From NCBI GenBank assembly GCA_021324155.1, contig JAJPJQ010000051.1, positions 199,293 to 263,292 of the forward strand: 64,000 nt of DNA, in the 5' to 3' direction. Under the pieces are notes generated by a model. The model worked only from the letters and a program-made list of their open reading frames with translations, was not told the DNA's origin and did not search any database. Positions 26,427 to 35,268 of the stretch are shown here, piece after piece. The DNA is from Pseudomonadota bacterium. GTDB taxonomy: Bacteria > Desulfobacterota > Binatia > UBA9968. Made by a program: the position numbers and the translations under genes. Position 1 is the stretch's first letter, and every line of letters begins with the position of its first letter.

Positions 26427-27473
26427 ATGCCTATGCGCAAAACGCTAATGGGACAACTTCGAACCGCGGCGTTCTTCTTGGCGGTTTTCTTCGCATCCGC
26501 TTCGACGCAGGCGCAGACCCCGCGCTCGGTCGGTATCGGATCGAATCCCGCCGGCACGATCTACTATGCGCTGGCGAGCGGCCTCGCCAACGTCGTCACC
26601 GGCGCCGCGCCGTTCCAGATGACGGTGCAGCCCTACACCGGCAGCAGCACTTATCTACCGCTCCTCGACAACGGTGAGCTCGAGTTTGGCATGGTCAACG
26701 CTGTCGACATGGCGCTCGCCTACAACGGTCCCGACCGCCTCAAGATCGGCGGCCGGAATCCTTATCCTTTTGCGCCGAACACGCGGCTCATCATGCGCGG
26801 CACGCCGCTTCAGAGCAGCCTCGTGGTCCGCAAAGACGCGCCGATCAAAAATATTTACGACGTGAAAGGCAAACGCGTGACGGGCGAATACCCGGCGCAG
26901 CTCGCCGTCTGGTACAACGTCTTCGGCTCGCTCTCGAACGCGGGGCTCACGTGGAGCGACGTCAAGGTCGTGCCGGTGCCCGCCGTGAACGAAGGAATGG
27001 ACGCGCTCATCGCCGGACGCGCTGACGCATCGACGCATGCGATCGGCTCGGCGAAAATCAAGGAGGCGGATGCCTCGGTCGGCATCCGGTACATCTCGCT
27101 CGATTGCTCGCCGCAGGCGGAAGATCGGATGAAGAAAGCGGTGCCGGGCTACTACCTCGCCCATCTCAAAGCCGGCTCGTCGACCGGCATTCTCGAGGAC
27201 ATCTGCGGCTTCGCCTACGACATTTACATGATCGGCCACAAGGGCGTGCCCGACGCCGTCGTGCAAGGGACGCTAAAAGCGATCTGGGACAACGTCGCGA
27301 AGCTCCCGCCGCTCCATCCGAACTTCAAGGACTGGACGCGCGAGCGCGCCGCCAGCGCCGATGTCACCATGCCGTACCATCCGGCCGCCGTGCAGTTCTA
27401 TAAAGAAAAAGGCGTGTGGAACGCCAAGATGGACGAGGCACAGAAAAGATTGCTGGCGGTCAATCAAAAATAA
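26427..27473 (+). CDS. TAXI-family TRAP transporter solute-binding protein
   Basis: GSNPAGTIYY, TGSS, PYHPAAVQFYKEKG. Confidence 0.9.
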   Translation: MPMRKTLMGQLRTAAFFLAVFFASASTQAQTPRSVGIGSNPAGTIYYALASGLANVVTGAAPFQMTVQPYTGSSTYLPLLDNGELEFGMVNAVDMALAYNGPDRLKIGGRNPYPFAPNTRLIMRGTPLQSSLVVRKDAPIKNIYDVKGKRVTGEYPAQLAVWYNVFGSLSNAGLTWSDVKVVPVPAVNEGMDALIAGRADASTHAIGSAKIKEADASVGIRYISLDCSPQAEDRMKKAVPGYYLAHLKAGSSTGILEDICGFAYDIYMIGHKGVPDAVVQGTLKAIWDNVAKLPPLHPNFKDWTRERAASADVTMPYHPAAVQFYKEKGVWNAKMDEAQKRLLAVNQK

Positions 27474-27544
27474 CTTTCAAGTTTTTAGTTTCGAGTTTCA
27501 CGAAAGAGCATCGATGGTCAACTTGGAACCTGAAACCTGAAACG
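27474..27544. repeat. heptamer-repeat palindrome
   Basis: ctttca agttttt agtttcg agtttca ... aacttgg aacctga aacctga aac. Confidence 0.7.
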
Positions 27545-27561
27545 TTTTTTTTAGGCTTTAA

Positions 27562-29532
27562 TTGAGCGACGATTTCGCTATCGCCTCGAAATTTCGCAGC
27601 CCGACCGGTTTTCCCGGCGCGCTCGGCCGCTTCTTTCTCTGCAGCATCACGGTCCTGGGCTCCTTCTGGGGCATGGGGGTGCAGCATTATCTCCCATGGG
27701 CCTTTTTCAACCAGCAGTATCTCGGGCTTTTTTTCGCACTCGCGATGGCGAGCGTTTTTCTCCTCGTCAAGGCGCGCGCGAAAGACAGCGCGACGGATGT
27801 GCCGTGGCACGATTGGCTGCTCACGGCGGCAGCGCTCGGTACCGGCGGCTACGTCGCCGTCATGTATCCCACGCTCGCTTACCGCCTCGGGGTGCTCTCA
27901 CCGGATCGATGGATACTCGGAGGCATCGCCGTCCTACTCGTGCTCGAAGCCGCGCGGCGCGTTGCCGGCGGCACGCTGGCATGGGTAGCGCTCGGCTGCG
28001 TCCTCTACGCGAACCTCGCTTATCTGTTCCCTGGTCTGCTCTATGCGCGCGGCTCTTCGTGGGCGCGCATCGCGAGCTACTTGTATCTGGATTCCGGCGG
28101 CATTTTGGGCGTGCCGCTCGACGTCGCCGCGACCGTGCTCGTCGCCTACATTTTTTTCGGGCAGGCGCTGTACGCCGTCGGCGGCGATAAATTCTTGATC
28201 GATCTAGCGCTCGTCGCGATGGGCCGCTACCGCGGCGGCTCCGCCAAAGTATCCATCGTGTCGTCGGCTCTTTTCGGCATGGTCTCAGGCAGCGCGGTCG
28301 CGAACGTGGCGGTGAACGGCGCGATCAGCATCCCAATGATGAAGCGCTCCGGCTACGCCGCGCACATGGCGGCGGCGATCGAGGCGGTGGCTTCGACCGG
28401 CGGACAGATCATGCCGCCGGTCATGGGCGCGGCGGCGTTTTTGATGGCGGAATTCTTGAACATCAGCTACGGCCAGGTCGCACTCGCCGCTGCGATCCCC
28501 GCCTCCCTCTATTATCTCGCGCTCTTCGTTCAGGTCGATCTCGAAGCGGCGAAGAAAGGTCTCGCCGGTCTTCCCGCCGAGCAGGTTCCGCGCCTGAGAA
28601 ATGTCATGCGGCGCGGCTGGGTGTTTCTGATTCCGCTGGCCGCGCTCGTCTTCGGGCTCATGATCGCCGATTGGGACGCCGGCAAAGCGGGCATGGCCGC
28701 CGTCATCACCGTCTTCGCCGTCGGCGCGCTGCAAAAGGAGACCCGGCCGACGCCCGCAAAAATTCTCCGCGCGTTCGAGGAAACCGGCCGCACGATGCTC
28801 GACATCGCCGCGATCGTCGCGCTCGCCGGCGTCGTGATCGGTGCACTTCAGCTCTCGGCGATCGCCTTCAAGCTCTCGATGCTGCTCGTGAGCATCTCCG
28901 GCGGGCACGCGCTGCTGCTGCTCACGCTGACGGCCGTCGGCTGCCTGTTTCTCGGGCTGCCGCTGCCGACGACCGTGGTTTACATCATGCTGGCGGTCCT
29001 CGCCGCCCCCGCGCTAGTGCAGGTCGGCATTCCGCCGCTCGCGGCGCATCTGTTTCTATTTTATTTCGGCATGATCTCGCTAATCACGCCCCCGGACTGT
29101 CTGCCGGTCTACGTCGCCGCGGCGATCGCCAAGGCGGATTTCTGGAAAACCGGCTGGCTCGGCATGCGCCTCGCGATTGCCGCCTATATCGTGCCGTTCA
29201 TCTTCGCTTTCCATCCGGCGCTGATCCTGATGGGGACGGTGGCGGAGATCGTTGTTTCCGTCGTCGCCGCCTCGATCGGCGTCTTTTTTCTCGGCGCGGC
29301 GTGCGCGGGCTACCTGTTCCGGGCGCTTCCGTGGTGGAAATGCGGCCTGTTCGGCGCCGCGGCGCTGCTGCTGCTGCTGCCGAAGTGGAGCGGCGCAGCG
29401 CTCGCGCTCGACGCCGCCGGACTTGCGCTCGGCGTCATAATTATTCTATGGGAATGGAACCGATCGGCTGCCGCCGCGACCCGCCCGGAATCCGCCCAGC
29501 GGCTCGAGAATCTCGGATCCGGCAAAACATAG
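27562..29532 (+). CDS. TRAP transporter fused permease (4TM/12TM)
   Basis: SGSAVANV, EAVASTGGQIMPPVMGAAAFLMA, ITPP; TTG start uncertain. Confidence 0.92.
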   Translation: MSDDFAIASKFRSPTGFPGALGRFFLCSITVLGSFWGMGVQHYLPWAFFNQQYLGLFFALAMASVFLLVKARAKDSATDVPWHDWLLTAAALGTGGYVAVMYPTLAYRLGVLSPDRWILGGIAVLLVLEAARRVAGGTLAWVALGCVLYANLAYLFPGLLYARGSSWARIASYLYLDSGGILGVPLDVAATVLVAYIFFGQALYAVGGDKFLIDLALVAMGRYRGGSAKVSIVSSALFGMVSGSAVANVAVNGAISIPMMKRSGYAAHMAAAIEAVASTGGQIMPPVMGAAAFLMAEFLNISYGQVALAAAIPASLYYLALFVQVDLEAAKKGLAGLPAEQVPRLRNVMRRGWVFLIPLAALVFGLMIADWDAGKAGMAAVITVFAVGALQKETRPTPAKILRAFEETGRTMLDIAAIVALAGVVIGALQLSAIAFKLSMLLVSISGGHALLLLTLTAVGCLFLGLPLPTTVVYIMLAVLAAPALVQVGIPPLAAHLFLFYFGMISLITPPDCLPVYVAAAIAKADFWKTGWLGMRLAIAAYIVPFIFAFHPALILMGTVAEIVVSVVAASIGVFFLGAACAGYLFRALPWWKCGLFGAAALLLLLPKWSGAALALDAAGLALGVIIILWEWNRSAAAATRPESAQRLENLGSGKT

Positions 29533-29570
29533 CGACGATTCTTAACGGTATCCGGATTACACATCAGGCG

Positions 29571-30011
29571 ATGATAGATCTTAAGTGTCAACCGCTGCGT
29601 AAAGCCGACTTTGAAATATGGCTTCAGATGGGCCGGAAACTTTGGCCCAAATACGGCAATCTCCGGCGTGATTTCGAGAGAATTTCGAAATTGTCGTACG
29701 AGAAGGTTTTCATCTGCTGGGCGGGCAAAATTCCGGCTGGTTTTGTCGAAGTCTCGCTGCGCAGGGATTACGTCGAGGGCGCGAATTCGTCGCCGACCGG
29801 ATACCTCGAGGGCATTTTTGTCGAGAAACGATTTCGCAAGAACGGCGTCGCGCGCATGCTCGTGCGCGAAGCCGAAGCGTGGGCGAAAAGTAAAGGAGCC
29901 ACGGAGTTGGGTTCCGACACGCGGCTGAGTAACCGAAGGAGCCAAAAGTTTCACAAGGCGCTCGGCTTCATACAAGTCGAAAAGAATGTGGCATTCATAA
30001 AGGAGCTGTAA
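29571..30011 (+). CDS. aac(6'): aminoglycoside 6'-N-acetyltransferase-like GNAT (AAC(6')-I family)
   Basis: LWP, GFVEVSLRRDYVEGANSSPTGYLEGIFV, ELGSD....N..S..FHKALGF motifs; start at MIDLK (29571) within the longer track ORF. Confidence 0.8.
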   Translation: MIDLKCQPLRKADFEIWLQMGRKLWPKYGNLRRDFERISKLSYEKVFICWAGKIPAGFVEVSLRRDYVEGANSSPTGYLEGIFVEKRFRKNGVARMLVREAEAWAKSKGATELGSDTRLSNRRSQKFHKALGFIQVEKNVAFIKEL

Positions 30012-30055
30012 ACAACGTCCTCGCGCTCCGTAGAATGTCGGCATTAGGGGAATAA

Positions 30056-31045
30056 ATGAAATTCGGCATTTTTAACATCGGCGATTACCATCCGCAGTCG
30101 AGTAAGCCGATTCCCGATTATTACGACGACATGCTCGAGCAGGTCGAATGGGCCGAGCGCCTCGGCTACGATGCGTTCTGGTTCGGCGAGCATCACTTCG
30201 ATTTCTTCGGCGTCGTGCCGGCACCGCCGGTGATGATGGCCGCCGCGGCCAAGCGCACGACAACAATCCGTATCGGCGTCGCGGTGGCGCTGCTGCCCTA
30301 TCACAATCCGATCACGATCGCGGAAGAGTACGCGATGGTCGACATCTTAAGCCGCGGCCGGCTCGATTTCGGCGTCGGCCGCGGCACGCCGCCCGAGCTG
30401 AAAGGCTTCGGCGTGACCGAAGACAACCGCGACAAGGTCGTCGAGGCGCTCGAAGTCGTGAAGATGGGCTGGCGCGACAGCAGAATCGAATTTCACGGCA
30501 AGTACTACAATATTCCCGGAGTCAACCTGAACGTAACGCCGGTGCAAAAGCCGTGGCCGCCGCTGTACTTCGCCGCGCTCAGCCCGGGCTCATACGAGGT
30601 AGCCGGCGAGAAAGGCTACCCGATCCTCGGCATTCCCTACGCGAGCTGCACGGACATGGCGGACGTGAAGCAAAAACTCGCGTTCTACAAAGACCGGCTC
30701 GCCGCGCACGGCCACGATCCGAAGAAAATCGATATTGTCGAATGCTTTCACACCCACGTCGCGATGACCGAGAAGGAGGCCGACAGAAACGGCCGCGCCG
30801 GGCTCGTCCCCTATCTCACGGCGCGCAAGTCGATCCGGCCGCGCGACTACGACGAGCTCTACCGCCAGCGCATGATCATGGTCGGCGACCCTAAGCACTG
30901 CGCCGACCACATCGAGGAGGTGCGCGCGGCGGGAAGCAATTACGTCATGTTCCTGATGAACTTCGCGACGCTCGAGCAGGAAAAAATCCTCGCGTCGATG
31001 GAGATCATGGCAAAAGAAGTGCTGCCGAAGTTCGCGGGAAAATAA
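30056..31045 (+). CDS. LLM-class flavin-dependent oxidoreductase
   Basis: WFGEHHF, IAEEYAMVDILSRGRLDFGVGRG, PVQKPWPP. Confidence 0.92.
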   Translation: MKFGIFNIGDYHPQSSKPIPDYYDDMLEQVEWAERLGYDAFWFGEHHFDFFGVVPAPPVMMAAAAKRTTTIRIGVAVALLPYHNPITIAEEYAMVDILSRGRLDFGVGRGTPPELKGFGVTEDNRDKVVEALEVVKMGWRDSRIEFHGKYYNIPGVNLNVTPVQKPWPPLYFAALSPGSYEVAGEKGYPILGIPYASCTDMADVKQKLAFYKDRLAAHGHDPKKIDIVECFHTHVAMTEKEADRNGRAGLVPYLTARKSIRPRDYDELYRQRMIMVGDPKHCADHIEEVRAAGSNYVMFLMNFATLEQEKILASMEIMAKEVLPKFAGK

Positions 31046-31057
31046 AGATAAGCTGCC

Positions 31058-31741
31058 CTACCATACGAACGGCACCAGCCGGTAGCGCACTTTTTTCGTG
31101 TAATCCTCGTAGCCCGCGAGTTGGCGCGTGAGAAACCGCTCCTCGATGAGAATTCTCACGGCTAATATCGCGAAGGGCAAGGCGGCGAAAATCACCCCAG
31201 CATAGGATTCGAGCCACAGCGGCATGCCGATCATGAGGAGCACGGCGCCGGTATACATCGGATGCCGGACGATCGAGTAGACGCCGGTGTCGATCACCTT
31301 CTGTTGTCTTTCCTCCTGATACTTCACGACCGGAGCGGCGAAGGCGTTTTCTCTCATCGCCAGCGTCATAATCCACCAGCCGATGACGAAAAGAGCCAGA
31401 CCGAAGCCCGCGGCGATCGGTCTAGGCTGCGGCAACAGATGGAACCGAACGACGTCAAGACGGATGAAGATCATCAAGGCGAAGAAGGCGACGAGTAACA
31501 GCGATACGACGATCTTGTCCGCGAGCGGTTGCCCCTTTTGCACCGGGGGCTTAAAACGCTCTCGCATTAGGGCAGGACTCGCTCGATAGACGACGGCCGT
31601 GCTCCACGCGCAGCCGACGAACACGACCGCGACGAAAATCCACGCGCGCGGCCAGTCGAGCGTCCCGGCCGGAAGAAACAGCGGGAGAGCGAAACAGAGG
31701 ACGGCGATGACGACGCCGAAGATGAGCTTGGAGGTGGACAC
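31058..31741 (-). CDS. isoprenylcysteine carboxyl methyltransferase family protein
   Basis: DTGVYSIVRHPMY, RILIEERFL...GYEDY. Confidence 0.9.
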   Translation of the reverse strand: MSTSKLIFGVVIAVLCFALPLFLPAGTLDWPRAWIFVAVVFVGCAWSTAVVYRASPALMRERFKPPVQKGQPLADKIVVSLLLVAFFALMIFIRLDVVRFHLLPQPRPIAAGFGLALFVIGWWIMTLAMRENAFAAPVVKYQEERQQKVIDTGVYSIVRHPMYTGAVLLMIGMPLWLESYAGVIFAALPFAILAVRILIEERFLTRQLAGYEDYTKKVRYRLVPFVW

Positions 31742-31806
31742 TGCGTTTCGTATTCGATTGCCGCTTAAAGCATGCGGGAATGAACGCGAGTAGTCCAGAC
31801 GCGGCG

Positions 31807-32874
31807 TTACGAGGGCTTCAGTTCGTTTCGTTCGGTTCCGTCACCGTCCGCTTCCATCTTTACATAAACCGTCCGGGTCGGGAACGGCATCGCGATGCCT
31901 TCGCGCGCGTAGCGCGCATGCAGGCGCTTGATGAACTCGTGCTTGAGCACAGCGGCGTCGGTAAACTCGCGCGCGCGGAGCGCGACGGTGAAGTCGACGC
32001 TCGATTGCCCGAACGCGTGAAAGCGAATCTCCGGCGCGAAGCTGGCGATGCCGCCGGGAACGGTCTTCATAACCTCTTTGGCGACCTCGGCGGTGACGCG
32101 CTCGACCTTTTCGAGGTCGCTGTCGTAGGCGACGCCGATCCCGACGGGAACGACGAGCTCGCGGTCCGGCAGATGATAATTCGTGATGTTGTCCTGCACG
32201 AGCTTGTTGTTCGGCACGACGACCATATTGTTCGGCAGCATGCGGATGCGCGTGCTGCGCCAGCCGATGCGCTCGACATAGCCCTCCTCTCCGCTTTGCA
32301 GCCTGATGTAATGGCCGATGTCGACCGGCCGGTCGACTTTAAGGTAGAGGCCGGCGAAAAAATTCCCGAGCGTATCCTGGAGCGCAATCGCGACCGCGAG
32401 GCTGCCGATGCCGAGTGTCGTAAGAATCGGCGTGAGCGAGACGCCGAGGTTATCGAGCAGCAGCATGACGCCGACGGCGACAAGAATGATTTTCAGCACC
32501 ACCTCGAGCGGTCCGCGGATGTTGCCGAGGCCGTAGCGTGTGCCCGTCGTGCGCAGCAGGAGCAGCGCGCCTTTGCTCGCGAGCACGATCGCGAGCAGCA
32601 GGCCGAGCGTGGACAGCAGCTGATGCAGCGCCGCTTGCGCTTTCGCCGGCACCGGCGCTGCGTCGGCGACGAATAACAGCGCCAGCACGATCAGCAGCGG
32701 ATAGAGATAGCGGTCGAGCAGCGGATACAGACGCTCGTCCACGGCCGTCCGGCGCAGCGCGCGTCTCACGAGCGATGAAATCAGGCGGCTTAGAATAAAG
32801 GCGAGAACCGCTGCGGCGGCGACGGCGACCGCAGCGAGGATCCACGGATTTTCCGGGAGGGCGATGTCCGCCAT
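31807..32874 (-). CDS. mscS: small-conductance mechanosensitive channel
   Basis: LGIGSLAVAIALQDTLGNFFAG, IGWRST, VPNNKL, GVAYDSD. Confidence 0.92.
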   Translation of the reverse strand: MADIALPENPWILAAVAVAAAAVLAFILSRLISSLVRRALRRTAVDERLYPLLDRYLYPLLIVLALLFVADAAPVPAKAQAALHQLLSTLGLLLAIVLASKGALLLLRTTGTRYGLGNIRGPLEVVLKIILVAVGVMLLLDNLGVSLTPILTTLGIGSLAVAIALQDTLGNFFAGLYLKVDRPVDIGHYIRLQSGEEGYVERIGWRSTRIRMLPNNMVVVPNNKLVQDNITNYHLPDRELVVPVGIGVAYDSDLEKVERVTAEVAKEVMKTVPGGIASFAPEIRFHAFGQSSVDFTVALRAREFTDAAVLKHEFIKRLHARYAREGIAMPFPTRTVYVKMEADGDGTERNELKPS

Positions 32875-32935
32875 GGCCCCGCTTATAGCAAAATCGGCGC
32901 GTCCGAAGCCAGCGCCGGCGTCGCGGCGCGAGGCC

Positions 32936-33202
32936 TCAGGGATGCTTCCGCTTCACGAAATTTTTCTCGGCGATCGCGACGACGATGAGCACGAAGGAAA
33001 GAAAGCGCACGAAATAGAAAAACGGCCTATCTTCGTTGGGATTCCCGGTCAGCGCGAGCGCCGCGCGGTTGACGCCTTCGATGCCGAAGGACATCGCGAA
33101 GTAAAGAAAGAACCGGTCGCGCGTGTGTTTCCAAAAGCGCAGAAAAAAAAGCGCCGCGGTGAGCGTGGCCATGACGATCGCGCCGAGCAGCATGAGATCC
33201 AT
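32936..33202 (-). CDS. small membrane protein (DUF5985-like)
   Basis: MDLMLLGAIVM..LFFLRFWKHTRDRFF...IAEKN; AGGAGG RBS. Confidence 0.75.
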   Translation of the reverse strand: MDLMLLGAIVMATLTAALFFLRFWKHTRDRFFLYFAMSFGIEGVNRAALALTGNPNEDRPFFYFVRFLSFVLIVVAIAEKNFVKRKHP

Positions 33203-33210
33203 TGCTCCTC

Positions 33211-33471
33211 CTAATCGGCGTCCCAGATGAGGCCGTAGAGCAGAACGACGACCGACGCGAGCGCGACGACCAGTCGGTAGGTGAACAGATCGATATCCGC
33301 GCCGAGGATCAGCTTGTCGACTACGAGCAGGCCGTTGTTCAACGCAAGCCCAGCGAAGCAGACTCCGCCCCAGAGCAGCAGCCGATATCCGCTGCGATGG
33401 AAGGCACGCAGCTGCAGCAGCGCGCAGAGCGCGGCGGTGAGAGCACAGAGGGAGTAGAAGAATCCTGCCAT
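33211..33471 (-). CDS. small membrane protein (DUF5985-like)
   Basis: YSLCALT..LC..L...RLLLW...CF..L..NN..LYGLIWD; start overlaps the upstream stop. Confidence 0.75.
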   Translation of the reverse strand: MAGFFYSLCALTAALCALLQLRAFHRSGYRLLLWGGVCFAGLALNNGLLVVDKLILGADIDLFTYRLVVALASVVVLLYGLIWDAD

Positions 33472-33863
33472 TAGTCGTCCTTCTTTCGCAGTTTGAACGC
33501 GTCGGCAAATTCCTGGACGCGAGTTTTCGACTTCGAATGGATCAGATTCGTCACCGGCACGATTTGCTTGGCATAGATATCGCATAGTCGGTCAATCATT
33601 TTGCCGACCTCCGACAAGCCGGGCTGGTATTTATATGCGTCGGGATCTCCCGTTTTACAAAGCGCCAATCCCTTCGCCGATAAGGCGGCGAGGATGTCGA
33701 CGGCATCTTTGACGTTTAGGTACAGCCGCATCGAGAGCTCGCGCGCCGTCCACTCCCGGTCGGGCGCGTTTCGCAACAGCAGCAGCGCCTCGAGCTCAGC
33801 GACGGAATCGATTTTATCGGTCACGAACTGAGCAACGTCGTCGGGGATGAATTTTTGATCCAT
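33471..33863 (-). CDS. conserved hypothetical winged-helix-like protein
   Basis: IDSVAELEALLLL...WTA..L...LY; C-terminal QEFADAFKL. Confidence 0.75.
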   Translation of the reverse strand: MDQKFIPDDVAQFVTDKIDSVAELEALLLLRNAPDREWTARELSMRLYLNVKDAVDILAALSAKGLALCKTGDPDAYKYQPGLSEVGKMIDRLCDIYAKQIVPVTNLIHSKSKTRVQEFADAFKLRKKDD

Positions 33864-33946
33864 GAAACACGACGCGATACGCCGCGGCGGCGCAAATGCC
33901 GCGGCATATCGCACGATATGTTTGTAGAGCCGGGCGGGCTGCGGTG

Positions 33947-34516
33947 TTACGCGCCGGCTCTCGAGGATTGGACGACGAAGCGGTCGCGGCGGTTCCGCTG
34001 CCAGCAGTCGTCGGTGTGATCGCGGCAGACGGGCGTTTCGCTGCCGAAGCTTGTCGTGGAAATTCTGTCGGCGGAAAGCCCTAGGGACATAAGATATTCT
34101 TTCGCGGCCTGCGCGCGCTTCTCTCCGAGCGCGAGATTGTATTCCGTCGTGCCGCGCTCGTCGCAGTGGCCTTCGACCGTCACGCGTACGCCGGGATTGC
34201 GCTTCAGCCAGTCCGCGTCGCCTTTCAGCGTCTCGCGCGCGTCCGAACGCAGCGTGTAGCTGTCGAAATCGAAGTAGATTTCTTTCAGCGGACTATTATT
34301 CGGCGTGATGGGCGACTGCCCGCGCTGCAAATCGCCGAGGCTCCCCTGCGTCTGCCCCCGGCTCGGGACCGCCGACGACGAATCCTTTCGGCCGGCCATG
34401 GAATTGCCAGCGAGCGTCGGATCGTCGCCTTTGGCGGTTTTCGAGCAGCCGGAGACGATCCATACGGCCGTCAAGAGGACAAGCGAAATGACAACGAGGC
34501 TACGCAGTGCTTTCAT
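33947..34516 (-). CDS. pal: peptidoglycan-associated lipoprotein Pal
   Basis: VSGC lipobox; IYFDFDS, EGHCDERGTTEYNLALGEKRA, NRR. Confidence 0.93.
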   Translation of the reverse strand: MKALRSLVVISLVLLTAVWIVSGCSKTAKGDDPTLAGNSMAGRKDSSSAVPSRGQTQGSLGDLQRGQSPITPNNSPLKEIYFDFDSYTLRSDARETLKGDADWLKRNPGVRVTVEGHCDERGTTEYNLALGEKRAQAAKEYLMSLGLSADRISTTSFGSETPVCRDHTDDCWQRNRRDRFVVQSSRAGA

Positions 34517-34540
34517 CGTCAACCTCCTTGAGGCGTCTTT

Positions 34541-34610
34541 ATACGACTAATTATGCATATTTGCAAGTTAAATTGAGCTAATTTCTGCAAATATGATTCT
34601 TAAGTCGTAT
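34541..34610. repeat. AT-rich long imperfect inverted repeat upstream of pal
   Basis: Nested arms ATACGACT/AGTCGTAT, CATATTTGCA/TGCAAATATG, AAATT/AATTT. Confidence 0.65.
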
Positions 34611-34744
34611 TTCAGCGGGAAAAGTCCAGAGTCGCATGGTTTTCTCCGATGCCCCGAATACAGGAAAATAGCTGCTATAAATCTGAAGCCCGCAGAGTAT
34701 GCGGCTGGGAGACCGAGGGGGCGGCGAGGGCGTAAAAAGGAAAA

Positions 34745-34821
34745 TGGTGGTCGCAGTAGGAGTTGAACCTACGACCTCGCGCATGTGAGGCGCGCGCTCT
34801 AACCAACTGAGCTATGCGACC
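34745..34821 (-). tRNA. tRNA-Val (anticodon CAC)
   Basis: GGTCGCA acceptor stem, AGCTCAGTTGGTTAGAGC D-arm, CGCGC-ctCACat-GCGCG anticodon arm, GGTTCAACTCC T-loop, encoded CCA. Confidence 0.97.
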
Positions 34822-34870
34822 ACGAGAGAGAAACTTCTAACATCTTCACCGGGGCCGTTCAAGGAAACGG

Positions 34871-35167
34871 TCACTTGCCGGGCGGGAAGCTCGCGCTCAG
34901 GTATTTCGTAATCTTCTCCGCCTCGTCGGGGAAGATCTGCGCGCCGCGCGCGAGCATGTCGTTGACGCTGCGCTCCCATTCCTGCGGCGTCTTGCGCGAC
35001 TGCACGACCTTCTGGAGGTTGTGGCAGCCGGTGCAAAGCTCTTTGGTCTCCTGCTGTCCGTCGCCGGCCGGCAGCATCGCCACCCATGCGTCGGCGGACC
35101 AGAGGAGCGCGATCGGGGTGAACAGTCCGGTGACAAAAATCAAAGCTGCGAAAATTCCGCGCATCAA
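34871..35167 (-). CDS. small monoheme c-type cytochrome
   Basis: Signal peptide; LPAGDG...CTGCH...W...V..M..RGA; GGAGG RBS. Confidence 0.88.
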   Translation of the reverse strand: MMRGIFAALIFVTGLFTPIALLWSADAWVAMLPAGDGQQETKELCTGCHNLQKVVQSRKTPQEWERSVNDMLARGAQIFPDEAEKITKYLSASFPPGK

Positions 35168-35177
35168 ACCTCCGAAT

Positions 35178-35266
35178 AGCTTTCAGCAATCAGCTATCAG
35201 CAGTCAGCTAGAAAAATCCGTCCCGGATTTCCCGAGCTGAAAGCTGATCGCTGATTGCTGACGGCT
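35178..35266. repeat. heptamer-repeat palindrome (TCAGCNN x4 / NNGCTGA x4) around a short inner hairpin
   Basis: agctttc agcaatc agctatc agcagtc agct..AAATCCG-tcc-CGGATTT..agctgaa agctgat cgctgat tgctgac ggct. Confidence 0.85.
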
Positions 35267-35268
35267 TC

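Noticed and set aside
28671..29570. N-terminal 300 aa of the 446-aa track ORF
   Set aside because: Arg-rich off-frame overlap with the TRAP permease; only the GNAT part from 29571 looks real
29533..30055. Integron cassette context for the aac(6')-like gene
   Set aside because: No RYYYAAC...GTTRRRY attC palindrome or integrase seen
34745..34770. tRNA-Val as the attachment site of an island
   Set aside because: No integrase and no duplicated tRNA 3' end noticed in the window
24414..35266. Short repeat clusters as CRISPR arrays
   Set aside because: Units are 7-9 nt, tandem and inverted, with no unique spacers and no cas genes
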